A stretch of DNA of 64,000 nt from an uncultured Gammaproteobacteria bacterium (lineage in GTDB: Bacteria > Patescibacteriota > Microgenomatia > 2-02-FULL-39-11), in assembly GCA_964544585.1 (NCBI GenBank), contig CAZJBV010000002.1, forward strand, positions 3,468 to 67,467, in the 5' to 3' direction. The notes below the pieces were generated by a model that saw only the letters and a list, made by a program, of their open reading frames with translations, ran no database searches and was not told the origin of the DNA. Positions within the stretch are counted from its first letter, which is position 1, and each line of letters opens with the position of its first letter. Below are positions 8,616 through 18,525 of the stretch, one piece after another. The position numbers and the translations under genes are program-made.

Positions 8616-10848
8616 AAAAAATCCTCCCCTTATTTTATTCACTGTCATTGTGCTCTTTTTTTTCTACCCCCTTATTCTCCAAGGTAAAATTCCTATTCCG
8701 GCGGATACGATTGTCGGTATGTTCCATCCATTCAGAGATGTTATTTGGGATAATTTTACTACCGGAGTGCCTTTTAAAAACTTTCTCATTACAGACCCAG
8801 TCAGACAGCAGTATCCCTGGCGAAGTCTTTCTATGGAACTAATTAAAACGGGACAACTTCCTCTGTGGAATCCCTATTCTTTTTCCGGAACTCCGCTTCT
8901 TTCAAATTTCCAATCAGCCGTATTTTATCCCCTGAATATTCTTTTTTTTCTCCTCCCATTTCCCTTGGCGTGGGCAATATTAATTCTTCTTCAGCCTTTG
9001 CTCGCCGGATTTTTTCTCTATTTATATTTGCGCAATTTCAATGTATCAAAAACTGGCAGTATAATAGGAATGCTAGCATTTTCCTTTTCCGGCTTTTTTA
9101 TCGCCTGGCTTGAGTGGAATACGGTAATCCAGACCATTTTATGGTTGCCCCTTATTTTGCTCTCAATCGAAAGGATAACTTCACAGAATAGAAAATTTAT
9201 TTGGAGTTTGATTTTTATCTTTTCACTTTCTTCTTCATTCTTTGCCGGCCACCTCCAAGTATTCTTTTATTCTTTTTTGCTAATCCTGGCATATATTATC
9301 TCAAGAATTATTATCCTTAAAGCAGATAGATTCAAAATCTTTTTATCTTTTATCTTTTATCTTTTATCTTTTATCTTTTTAACCTCAATCCAATGGCTGC
9401 CGACTGTCCAATTCATATTACACTCAGCCCGCGAATTTGATCAGGGACTATATACAAAAGAAGGATGGTTTATTCCTTGGCAAAACCTGATTCAGTTTCT
9501 TGTGCCCGATTTTTTTGGCAACCCCTCAACCGGAAATTACTGGGGAGTCTGGAATTATGGCGAATTTATTGGCTACATCGGAATTCTACCGCTTATATTT
9601 TCCATTTACACTCTTGTCTTTATCAAAAGTAAAAAAGTTCTATTTTTCGGATGTTTTCTTTTTTTAGCCCTTTTATTTTCTCTCCCAAATTTTGTTAGTT
9701 TTATTCCCTACAAGTTGGGTCTTCCGGCAATTGCCACATCACAGCCAACGCGTTTACTTTCAATCACCGTATTTTGCCTGAGCATTTTGGCAGCCCTTGG
9801 ATTTGATCATCTTCTAAAAAACATTGCCAAAAAAGAATCGAAAAAGCAAATATTGACTATTTTAGGAGCCTTTTTCCTTACATTTCTCTTTTTATGGATA
9901 ATTATCTTTGCTAATCACCTTACTATAAGTCAAAGAAATCTTCTACTACCCACAGCGTTATTTATGCTTTCTTCGATAACTCTCTATATATTAACTGTTA
10001 AAACCAAAGTTCATCTCACCAGGTTTGCTATCTATTTGATTATATTTATTACTATAGTTGATCTCCTGCGCTTTGGCTGGAAATTTACCCCTTTTTCCGG
10101 AAGTTCATGGCTTTATCCCGACACCAAAATCCTTGACTATTTAAGGACAAATAGTCAAAACCATCGCTTCTTATCAATCGATCGTCGCATCATGCCCCCA
10201 AACTTTTCCATCATGTATAAATTACAAGACGTTTCCGGTTACGATCCCCTCTATCTTAAAAGATATGGAGAATTTATTTCTGCCTGGGAAAGAGGAAAAC
10301 CAGATATCTCTCCCGCCTCCTTCAATCGCATCATCACTCCCACCAATATCTCTTCTCCCATCACCAATCTTTTGGGCATAAAATATATCTTATCATTAGA
10401 CGAAAGAAAAGAGACTTTCTTAAAACTTGTCCAAAAAGAAGGGGAGACTCGAGTGTACGAAAACACACTTGTTTTTCCACGTGCATTCTTTGTTTCCAAA
10501 GTAATTTTTTCAAAGGACGATCAGGACGAGATTGAAAAAATATATGAGAATATCAACTCACTTGCAACAAAGGTAACGACGCAGGAGACGATCAATATTG
10601 ATTATGACCCGATTGGCAAAAACGAATCCGCATCAATAATTAAGTACGGGGAGAATCAAATAACACTCAAGACAAATTCCTCCAAAAAAAGACTTTTAAT
10701 TATCACCGATATATACTACCCTACGTGGAAAGCTTACATAGATGGTTCAGCAGAGAAAATTTATAAAGTCGATTACACCTTCAGAGGCATAGTTGTTCCT
10801 CCAGGAAAACATACAGTTATTTTAAAAGATAATCTTTTGCTACAATAG
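8590..10848 (+). CDS. YfhO-family polytopic membrane protein (GT-C type glycosyltransferase candidate)
   Basis: 752 aa, N-terminal about 500 aa multi-TM, soluble C-terminal domain ending ..DIYYPTWKAYIDGSAEKIYKVDYTFRGIVVPPGKHTVILK, the hallmark YfhO C-terminus. Contains a (TTTTATC)5 repeat at 9338-9380. Confidence 0.65.
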   Translation: MKNLMHFFKKNPPLILFTVIVLFFFYPLILQGKIPIPADTIVGMFHPFRDVIWDNFTTGVPFKNFLITDPVRQQYPWRSLSMELIKTGQLPLWNPYSFSGTPLLSNFQSAVFYPLNILFFLLPFPLAWAILILLQPLLAGFFLYLYLRNFNVSKTGSIIGMLAFSFSGFFIAWLEWNTVIQTILWLPLILLSIERITSQNRKFIWSLIFIFSLSSSFFAGHLQVFFYSFLLILAYIISRIIILKADRFKIFLSFIFYLLSFIFLTSIQWLPTVQFILHSAREFDQGLYTKEGWFIPWQNLIQFLVPDFFGNPSTGNYWGVWNYGEFIGYIGILPLIFSIYTLVFIKSKKVLFFGCFLFLALLFSLPNFVSFIPYKLGLPAIATSQPTRLLSITVFCLSILAALGFDHLLKNIAKKESKKQILTILGAFFLTFLFLWIIIFANHLTISQRNLLLPTALFMLSSITLYILTVKTKVHLTRFAIYLIIFITIVDLLRFGWKFTPFSGSSWLYPDTKILDYLRTNSQNHRFLSIDRRIMPPNFSIMYKLQDVSGYDPLYLKRYGEFISAWERGKPDISPASFNRIITPTNISSPITNLLGIKYILSLDERKETFLKLVQKEGETRVYENTLVFPRAFFVSKVIFSKDDQDEIEKIYENINSLATKVTTQETINIDYDPIGKNESASIIKYGENQITLKTNSSKKRLLIITDIYYPTWKAYIDGSAEKIYKVDYTFRGIVVPPGKHTVILKDNLLLQ
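9338..9380 (+). repeat. (TTTTATC)n heptanucleotide microsatellite, about 5 units, inside the CDS (encodes FLSFIFYLLSFIFL)
   Basis: Direct reading: tcttttt atcttttatcttttatcttttatcttttatcttttt. Confidence 0.85.
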
Positions 10849-10862
10849 AACTCATACAAAAT

Positions 10863-12530
10863 ATGACCGGAAAAGGACGCTGGTTTTTCATCGCAATTAT
10901 TATTCTTGCGGCAATTTTGCGCTTTTATAAACTAGGTGATATTCCTGTCGGACTTGAATGGGATGAAGTAGCTTTAGGCTACGACGCATACTCTATCTCC
11001 CAAACAGCAAAAGACCAGTTTGGTACATTTCTTCCCCTTACTTTTCGTTCTTTAGACGATTATAAACCTCCAATTTACATTTACGCTACGGTTCCCGGTG
11101 TAGCCCTTTTTGGCCTAAACGACTTTACCACCAGATTTCCCGCAGCCTTTTTCGGGACAGCCGCAGTCATTTCTACATTTTTTTTAGCCCAAGAACTTAC
11201 AAAATCTAAAAAAATTGCCCTTATAGCTTCTCTTTTCCTAAGTTTCTCCCCCTGGCATCTCCAGTTTAGTCGGGCTGCATTCGAAGTAAACATTTCAGAC
11301 GCGATTACCATTGCCGCGGTGGCCTGCTTTCTCATCGGCCTCAAAAAACCTAAAATATTCATTCTTGCGGCAATACTTTTTGGTCTAGACCTCTTTTCTT
11401 ATCATTCCACCCGCGTCGTTGCTCCAATTATTATGCTGACTTTATTTGTATTATTTAATAAAAGACTCCCCTCCAAAAAATATATCACGATCTTTTTTAT
11501 CGTCTTTGCAGCTTTCTTTTTGGCAGTACTTCCCATCCTCCGCTCAAAAGAGGCACAAATTAGATTTATTGCCACCAACATCTTTACTCCAGGAGCACGG
11601 TATCTGGACGATAAAGATTTGGAAAAAGTTTTCCTGGAAAAAAGGCTGGAAGATACCAAAGCAGGATTCGAAACAGCCGGAAAAATATTTCATAATCAAA
11701 GACTTAAATATCTTGACTACGATACTTTAAAAAAAGCGTTCAACAACTACATCTCAAATTTCGGCTTTGATTATCTTTTTATTAAAGGCGACGTCCCCCT
11801 TCACCACGCTCCCGGATTTGGCCTCTTATACATCGCCGAGCTTCCCTTTATTCTTATTGGTTTGGGGTACATACTTTTAAAAGCCCGTAGCCCATATACA
11901 CTCTTGATTCTTATCTGGATGCTAATCGTTCCACTTCCCAGTGCAGTCACCCGGCAGGCGCCCCACGCGGTCCGCACAGAGCTATTTTTACCCACCTACC
12001 AAATTCTTTCGGCTTTAGGACTTTTTGCTATTTATTCGCTTGCTAAAAAGCAATCTCTTTGGGTCTATTTAACAAGCTTAAGTGCAATTACTACAATCCT
12101 CTCTGTAAATCAATCATTTTATCTCCACCAGTATTATGTCCACACCAATTACGAGCTCTCAAAATACTGGATATATGGGAGAAGAGAGGCGGTCGAATTT
12201 ACCGAAAAAGAAAAAAATAATTATGAAAATGTCACCGTTTCGCTCAATGCAGATATGCCCTATATTTTCTGGCTATATTATTCAAAATATCCTCCCAAAG
12301 AATATCTTAAAAAAGGTGGCACCGTATCCGGTGGTTTTGCCGACCAAAGAAATTCCTTTGACAAATATCTATTCCGAAATTTTAATTATGAGGAAGAAAA
12401 AAAACTATCAAAAAAGCAACTTCTTATCGGTACTAAAAAAGATTTTCCACCCGATATAAATCCCCTAAAAATAATAAAGTACATCAATGGAGAAGAAGCT
12501 TTATTTATAGTAAAGACGGATGGGTCATAA
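10863..12530 (+). CDS. GT-C fold membrane glycosyltransferase, family 39 (PMT/ArnT-like, PMT_2), paralog 1 of 8
   Basis: N-terminal ..L.WDEVALGYDAYSISQTAKDQFGTFLP (periplasmic-loop DE motif), about 11 TM, C-terminal soluble domain, 555 aa. Confidence 0.75.
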   Translation: MTGKGRWFFIAIIILAAILRFYKLGDIPVGLEWDEVALGYDAYSISQTAKDQFGTFLPLTFRSLDDYKPPIYIYATVPGVALFGLNDFTTRFPAAFFGTAAVISTFFLAQELTKSKKIALIASLFLSFSPWHLQFSRAAFEVNISDAITIAAVACFLIGLKKPKIFILAAILFGLDLFSYHSTRVVAPIIMLTLFVLFNKRLPSKKYITIFFIVFAAFFLAVLPILRSKEAQIRFIATNIFTPGARYLDDKDLEKVFLEKRLEDTKAGFETAGKIFHNQRLKYLDYDTLKKAFNNYISNFGFDYLFIKGDVPLHHAPGFGLLYIAELPFILIGLGYILLKARSPYTLLILIWMLIVPLPSAVTRQAPHAVRTELFLPTYQILSALGLFAIYSLAKKQSLWVYLTSLSAITTILSVNQSFYLHQYYVHTNYELSKYWIYGRREAVEFTEKEKNNYENVTVSLNADMPYIFWLYYSKYPPKEYLKKGGTVSGGFADQRNSFDKYLFRNFNYEEEKKLSKKQLLIGTKKDFPPDINPLKIIKYINGEEALFIVKTDGS

Positions 12531-14197
12531 TGGTTAAAAATATTATTTTGATCTTTATTCTTCTTCTTGCCCTCATTCTGCGAATATTTCGTGTCGATAC
12601 AAATCCTCCCGCTCTTTATTGGGACGAAGTAGCGATGGGTTACAATGCCTACTCAATTATCAAAACCGGGGCCGACGAATACGGACACAAACTACCCTTT
12701 TTCTTCGAATCATTTCAGGATTACAAACTTCCTGGATATATATATTCTCTGATTCCGGGAATCCTACTTTTTGGAGTAAGTCCATTAACGATCCGTCTTC
12801 CTTCTATTTTGTTTGGCTTCATTAGTATTATCGGAATTTATGTTCTTGGTAAAAATATTCTGGGAACAAGAGTTGGATTATTATCAGCGTTTATAGTAAG
12901 TATCATCCCCTGGCACATCCAATTGACTAGGGTAGGTTTTGAAGTCAGCGGTGGATTTGCCCTTCTCATTTTTGGCCTCCTTTTTCTCTGCCTCGGTAGA
13001 CAAAAAAAACTCCATCTTTATATTGGTGTCTTTTTGCTTATTCTCTCCCTATCTTTTTATAATGGCCTAAGAATCATCGTCCCCGTCGTTCTCATTTCCT
13101 ATTTGCTTTTTTTTAGCAGAAGTCTTCAACTATCAATAAAAGATTTACTCTGGGGGACGATCACGCTGATATTGCTAAGTCCAGTTATTTATCAATTTAT
13201 GAATCCTGATGCTCTCGTAAGATTTAGATATACCAGCATTTTTAGTGACCCGACACTTCTCGAAGAATCGATAAATAAAAAAGAATCCGTCAACAATTTT
13301 TTAGGTAAAGTATGGTACCACCGGTATAGGGTGTATGGAGAAAAAATTGCCAGGAATTATTTTGCCCACTTTTCTCCTGATTTTCTTTTATTTGATAGCG
13401 GAGAAAATGTTCGCCACAAAGTATCGGGGATTGGCCTTCTCTATCTTTGGACCGTGCCTTTTTTAATATTTGGACTTTATACTCTCATTCACCAAAGAAA
13501 TGAGTCTTTAAAACTGATTCTTCCTTTACTACTTGCCGCCCCAATTGCCTCTTCTTTTACCATTCCCTCTCCCCACGCTCTTCGTTCATTTCCACTTCTC
13601 ATTCCCCTTATTTTCATCATCGCCTTTGGAATAACGAGTCTCGTCAAGCACCTGAAAGGTGGCAGGAATGCCTACCTGCCGGCAGGCAGGGACTCCTTTC
13701 AGGTGATGGAATCTGCATTTATAATCCTCATATTGGTATTTGCTGCTACAAGTCTTTCCAGATATTTATTCGAATTTTATTTTTTCTATCCCAAACACAC
13801 TAGTAGAGATTGGGCATACGGCTATAAAGAAGTATTTGAAAAAGCAAAAAAATTTGAGGCAAGGGCAGACACCATATTTATATCTGGAAGATATTGGCGC
13901 CCATACATTTTTGCCTTATACTATCTCGACATTGACCCAAAAACATATCAAAAAAATCCCACTCATTCCCAAATTGGCAAGTTTATATTTGGACACGCCG
14001 ATTATGACGTGTCCGATCCGTTTTATGATTATAAAACTTATGATAATAATATAGTTCACAAGCTGCGCCAAAAAGGAGGAAATAACTATCTCTTCCTTTC
14101 TCCCCAAGAAACAAAAGCTGGGGATATAGTTATTGATAATATTCAGGATCTAAAAAGGGAGACGCTTTTCAACATTACCAAGAGCAGAAGTAAATAA
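12530..14197 (+). CDS. GT39/PMT-family GT-C glycosyltransferase, paralog 2, carrying an in-frame palindromic element insertion
   Basis: YWDEVAMGYNAYSIIKTGADEYGHKLPF motif. ATGA overlap with the previous gene. Element at 13649-13706 is translated as HLKGGRNAYLPAGRDSFQV. Confidence 0.75.
   Translation: MVKNIILIFILLLALILRIFRVDTNPPALYWDEVAMGYNAYSIIKTGADEYGHKLPFFFESFQDYKLPGYIYSLIPGILLFGVSPLTIRLPSILFGFISIIGIYVLGKNILGTRVGLLSAFIVSIIPWHIQLTRVGFEVSGGFALLIFGLLFLCLGRQKKLHLYIGVFLLILSLSFYNGLRIIVPVVLISYLLFFSRSLQLSIKDLLWGTITLILLSPVIYQFMNPDALVRFRYTSIFSDPTLLEESINKKESVNNFLGKVWYHRYRVYGEKIARNYFAHFSPDFLLFDSGENVRHKVSGIGLLYLWTVPFLIFGLYTLIHQRNESLKLILPLLLAAPIASSFTIPSPHALRSFPLLIPLIFIIAFGITSLVKHLKGGRNAYLPAGRDSFQVMESAFIILILVFAATSLSRYLFEFYFFYPKHTSRDWAYGYKEVFEKAKKFEARADTIFISGRYWRPYIFALYYLDIDPKTYQKNPTHSQIGKFIFGHADYDVSDPFYDYKTYDNNIVHKLRQKGGNNYLFLSPQETKAGDIVIDNIQDLKRETLFNITKSRSK
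13649..13706. repeat. GC-rich nested palindromic element (type 1): CACCTGAAAGG-[CCTaCCTGCCGGCAGGCAGG]-CCTTTCAGGTG, in-frame inside the CDS
   Basis: Outer 11-bp inverted repeat plus inner 20-bp palindrome, read directly. The GC-rich island contrasts with an AT-rich gene. Confidence 0.9.
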
Positions 14198-15108
14198 TGA
14201 AGAAATTCTTTATTTTAGTTCTTCTAAATGCTATTACAATCCATTTCTACAAACTAACTACCATATCACCTTTAAAGACTGGGTCAATCTTTTTTAGGTA
14301 TTTTTCCAGTCTTTCCTCAATATTTTCTATTTTTTTACTTTATAAAATTGTCTTTTATTACTCTAAAAATAAAAAAATAGCCTCTCTTTCTGCACTTATA
14401 TTTTCCCTACTTCCATGGACAATATGGGAAGGAAGAATAGCATCCGAAGTAAATATCTCTTTATCATTAATTCTTGCGATTTTATTTTTAGCATCAAAAA
14501 TACATGGAATAAAAAAGTTTTTTTTACTGGGGATAATACCTCTGATTATTTATTTTTTTTATCCTTCCTTTTGGCCATTTCGTCTGAGCACAAACTTAAG
14601 AGATTCTTCTCTTTCAGACTTTGTCAACAATATTTTCTTCCTTTCTTCCCTGGAAACATTATTTTTTAAAAATCCGACATTTTGGTGGGGAGGAGTTCGG
14701 CAGTGGGGGATAAGCCTTTCTGCTTTTATCCCATTTTTTTTCATCGGTTTTTTCACCACGATAGTTCAAAAAAATATTAAACTTATTTTTATTTTAATCG
14801 GAATTCTTCTACTTGCCTCTTTATCTCCTTTTCTTCCCGAAAGTAGAGAATTTTATTTTGCCACCCCAATAATAAGCTATTTCGTTTCAAAGGGTATGCT
14901 CACTGTATGTTATGCCTTAAAACACCTGAAAGGTGGCCGGAATGCCTGCCTGCCGGCAGGCAGGGACTCCTTTCAGGTGAAGGAATTTGCAATTGCTCTT
15001 TTCATTTTTTTATTTATTTATGAATACCAAAATTTTCTCCATTATTACATGGTCCATTTTCCCCAAAATGTGAAAGGACATCTCTATGATATCAAAGGAA
15101 ATTTCTAA
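14197..15108 (+). pseudogene. Decayed GT39 paralog (303 aa). Internal deletions remove the DE-motif loop, the central helices and the C-terminal domain. Retains the palindromic element at the position homologous to paralog 2.
   Basis: ..SLSALIFSLLPWTIWEGRIASEVNISL.. aligns with ..LLSAFIVSIIPWHIQLTRVGFEVSGG.. of 12530. The tail ..ALKHLKGGRNACLPAGRDSFQVKEFAIALFIF matches ..LVKHLKGGRNAYLPAGRDSFQVMESAFIILIL. No DE motif. Ends where the next paralog begins. Confidence 0.5.
14923..14979. repeat. GC-rich nested palindromic element (type 1), in-frame inside the truncated paralog
   Basis: CACCTGAAAGGTGGCCGGAATGCCTGCCTGCCGGCAGGCAGGGACTCCTTTCAGGTG read directly. Confidence 0.9.
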
Positions 15109-16732
15109 AAGAGAAATAATTTTATTAATTTTTATTCTTATTTTTTCTGCCATCGTCAGACTATACCGAATTGACACTATACCTCCATCTCTATATTCTG
15201 ACGAGGCAAGTCAAGGTTACAATGCCTATTCCATCCTAAAGACCGGCAAAGACGAACACGGAAATTTTCTCCCAGTTTCCCTTCGCTCATTTGGAGATTG
15301 GAAACCACCCCTGCCTACTTATCTCATGATTCCTGGTATTGCTCTATTTGGCCTAAACGAATTTTCAGTCCGAATACCCTCTGTTGTACTCGGAATTGGC
15401 AGCGTTTATATTGCCTATCTTCTCATCAAAGAATTAATTAAAGAAAAGGGCTCAGAAAAAATTGCCCTTTTGGGAGCATGGGCAATGAGCATCTCTCCCT
15501 GGCATATCCTCCAAAGTCGCGCAAGTATGCTGGTTATCGTCTCACTTTTTTTTGTCGAAGCAGGTATATTATTTTTTCTAAAAGTAAGCCAAAATCCCAA
15601 AAATCTAATTTTCTCATCCATAATGTTTGCCCTTTCTATTTATGCTTATTATGGCACAAGAATTGTTACGCCTCTTATTATTATTGTTTTTCTTTTTTAC
15701 TCGCGAAAATGGATTTTAGAAAATAAAAGAGTTTCACTAGCCGCATTCTTTATTGGAGTAATTATTTTATTTCCACTTTTAGTCTCTTTTATCGGAAATC
15801 AAAACGTTATTTTTGGCCGGGCCAAAACAGTCAGTGTTTTTTATGATCAAGGCGTAAAATTAAAACAATGGGAGCTGATTACTCAAGACGGAACACAACA
15901 AAATCCAAAAGTTACTCTTTATTTTCATAATGATACTTATCTATACGCCAAAGATATACTAGAGCGATATTTATCCCATTTTGACCCTAGATATCTCTTT
16001 TTTAAAGGAGATGGAGCCTATCCTTTCAAGATCCCCAATATGGGAATTTTATATTTCGTTGAAGGAATATTAATAATTATAGGAATTACATATTTATTTA
16101 ATAGAAAATTAGAGACAAGGTTTATAATTATATTTTTAATACTCATCTCAATCATTCCCGCTTCACTAACCTTTGCTACTCCGTCATCTAACAGAACATT
16201 TCATTTGCTATTCCCAGCTTCTATACTCATTGCTTTAGGTTTGTATAGAATTTCAACCTCGAAAATTATTGCTGCACTCAGCGTTCTAATATACATTACT
16301 AGCATCAACTATTTTTTTGTCCAGTATTTCCTCGTTCTCCCCAAAGATTATACTTTCGTGTGGAATTTCGGCTGGAAAGAGGTTTTTGCTGCCACCAGAA
16401 AATATGAAAAAGACTCTCAATATATATTAGTCTCTGACGTCAATGGCATGCCCTATATATATTATCTCTTTTACAACCAGTACGATCCTTTAAAGTTTCA
16501 AAAAAAAGTCGTCCGCACAAATATTGCAGATCGCTTCGGTTTTGAACACATTAACAGTATCGATAAATATATTTTCCTTCCCGAGTTCGACTGGAATAGC
16601 ATAAAAGATAGCCCCCTACCAAATAGCATATACATAGCTTCCCAAAAAGAAATAGAGAATAATGCGGGTATCACCGAAATAGTATATTATCCAAATGGAA
16701 AAGAGGTCTGGAAAATAGTCAAATCACCATGA
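15086..16732 (+). CDS. GT39/PMT-family GT-C glycosyltransferase, paralog 3
   Basis: SLYSDEASQGYNAYSILKTGKDEHGNFLPV motif, 548 aa, multi-TM plus C-terminal domain. Confidence 0.75.
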   Translation: MISKEISKREIILLIFILIFSAIVRLYRIDTIPPSLYSDEASQGYNAYSILKTGKDEHGNFLPVSLRSFGDWKPPLPTYLMIPGIALFGLNEFSVRIPSVVLGIGSVYIAYLLIKELIKEKGSEKIALLGAWAMSISPWHILQSRASMLVIVSLFFVEAGILFFLKVSQNPKNLIFSSIMFALSIYAYYGTRIVTPLIIIVFLFYSRKWILENKRVSLAAFFIGVIILFPLLVSFIGNQNVIFGRAKTVSVFYDQGVKLKQWELITQDGTQQNPKVTLYFHNDTYLYAKDILERYLSHFDPRYLFFKGDGAYPFKIPNMGILYFVEGILIIIGITYLFNRKLETRFIIIFLILISIIPASLTFATPSSNRTFHLLFPASILIALGLYRISTSKIIAALSVLIYITSINYFFVQYFLVLPKDYTFVWNFGWKEVFAATRKYEKDSQYILVSDVNGMPYIYYLFYNQYDPLKFQKKVVRTNIADRFGFEHINSIDKYIFLPEFDWNSIKDSPLPNSIYIASQKEIENNAGITEIVYYPNGKEVWKIVKSP

Positions 16733-18525
16733 AGAGTGCCTGGATTAGATATATCATCATAACTATAATTCTTGCCGGCATATTAATCCGCTTTTTAAAT
16801 CTGCTCGAAGGCACCGGATTTAAATGGGATCAGGAAAATTTGGTTGCCTATCCTGCCAAAAATATTATTGCTACCCATCATCTACCCTTAATTGGAGCCA
16901 GAACCTCAATAGGCGATATACATATTGGCCCTCTCTATTCCTATCTTGCTGCTTTTTATTTTTATATTTTTAAACTCGATCCCATTGCCGCTGCATATCT
17001 TTCTACCTCGATAGGCGTAATCTCTGCTCTCACAGGATACATCCTCATCAAAATTTTGTTCGACGACGACACTGCCCTCTTTTTTACTCTTATTTTTGCA
17101 GTGTCCCCATTAATCGTCTTTTTTGATCGCATCCCTTGGAATGTAAATCTACTTTTACCTTCGTCGATATTAGTTCTTGTTGGATTACTATTCATCGGAT
17201 TAAAAAATAGATTATTTATAGGATTTACCCTCCTGGGCTTAGGAATTTTTTTGGGACTTCAGAGCCACTTTAGCATCATAATTATAGGAATAAGTGCACT
17301 ACTTTATCTCCTTTTAAAAAGAAAATTGTATAAAAAACCTTTTTTCCTCACCATTATGTTTATAGCCCTTGGACTCTTGCCTCTTATTATTTTTGACCTC
17401 AGACATGATGCCTATCTTCTTAAAAATATTCTTAAGTTGATGGATAAGAAAGATATATATGCCGGTCATAACCTGCTTAAAAATTTTTTTAGCACAATCT
17501 CTATATCATTTGAAACAGTAGGCAGGTTATTTATTTATGATGGTCCTTCATTCTTACAAAAAACTTTTGCTATTGGATTATTACTAATTTTTATTTTTGT
17601 TAAAAAGACAAAAGAAATGTCGGAAGTTGTCAAAATTATACTTATTTATCTTCTTGGCTTTTTCGGCATACTTGGATTATATAGCGGGCCAAAACCTGAT
17701 TATTATTTTTTTGGCTTATTGCCGCCATTTATATTACTGCTCTCACTCGGCGCCAAAGCTTTGAGCCAGAAAAATACGCCAATAACTTTATTATTAATAA
17801 CTTTTGCCGTCTCCTTATTGGTGCAATCATTTAACAATACAACGAAAAAACCCGGAGACAATCTTTCTGCCATGCAAAAAATTGTCAAAACGATAAAAAA
17901 GACCGCAAAAGAAAAGAAGGTATCAATCGTTTATGAAATGGATTATGGTAATCAATTTGGCTATGACTATCTTTTTGACTTCTATGGAGTAAAACGTCAA
18001 GAAAGAAAAGATGGGATCAATGAATATTGGATAAGTTTCCCTAAAAGTAGATCTCCATTTACTCCAGATTATACATTCGGGCAAATCGGCCTTCTTACCC
18101 CACTCCACACTCCCAAAATATATAATACAAAGAAGTTAACTTTATACAATGGGTTATTTTCCCTTAGAGTTCCTAAAAAGTGGTCTGTCCTGCAATGTCC
18201 TTATATAGACTTCGACACCTATATCATAACTCCAAACGAAGAATCATCATGTTCCTCCGCAAAAGTTGAAAAAGAAGGAATACACATTCTCAATATTCCT
18301 CACTGTAATATTAAGCTTGCTAAAAATAGAAAAAGTCTAAAAGTAAAATCGAAAGTAACTTTCTATCTCATCTCAGTCAACGAAAGGAATAGTGATGTCC
18401 CCATAAATGAAGCAGTCGTTGCCTCATTTGAAATAGATAGATGTATCATATTTATAGATCGTGCGGCAAAAGAAGTGCTTCCTCTAACAAATGATCTGGA
18501 AGATTTATTAAAATCATTAAAATGA
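16729..18525 (+). CDS. Polytopic membrane protein with about 200-aa soluble C-terminal domain (possible GT-C-like). Not a member of the flanking GT39 paralog family.
   Basis: 598 aa. N-terminal two-thirds hydrophobic. Lacks the YxDExxxGYNAYS motif. 4-nt overlaps with both neighbours. Confidence 0.35.
   Translation: MKSAWIRYIIITIILAGILIRFLNLLEGTGFKWDQENLVAYPAKNIIATHHLPLIGARTSIGDIHIGPLYSYLAAFYFYIFKLDPIAAAYLSTSIGVISALTGYILIKILFDDDTALFFTLIFAVSPLIVFFDRIPWNVNLLLPSSILVLVGLLFIGLKNRLFIGFTLLGLGIFLGLQSHFSIIIIGISALLYLLLKRKLYKKPFFLTIMFIALGLLPLIIFDLRHDAYLLKNILKLMDKKDIYAGHNLLKNFFSTISISFETVGRLFIYDGPSFLQKTFAIGLLLIFIFVKKTKEMSEVVKIILIYLLGFFGILGLYSGPKPDYYFFGLLPPFILLLSLGAKALSQKNTPITLLLITFAVSLLVQSFNNTTKKPGDNLSAMQKIVKTIKKTAKEKKVSIVYEMDYGNQFGYDYLFDFYGVKRQERKDGINEYWISFPKSRSPFTPDYTFGQIGLLTPLHTPKIYNTKKLTLYNGLFSLRVPKKWSVLQCPYIDFDTYIITPNEESSCSSAKVEKEGIHILNIPHCNIKLAKNRKSLKVKSKVTFYLISVNERNSDVPINEAVVASFEIDRCIIFIDRAAKEVLPLTNDLEDLLKSLK

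Noticed and set aside
9338-9380. Possibility that the short direct-repeat tracts (TTTTATC)n are a degenerate CRISPR array
   Set aside because: The units are 7 nt with no spacers, they lie inside coding sequence, and they occur at four scattered loci. They are a microsatellite, not repeat-spacer architecture.
13649-13706. In-frame GC-rich inserts as an intein, a sequencing adaptor or an assembly chimera
   Set aside because: They are far too short (57-58 bp, about 19 aa) and lack intein motifs. Six copies are present with different interiors and different flanks, two of them intergenic. That argues for a genuine repeat family rather than contamination.
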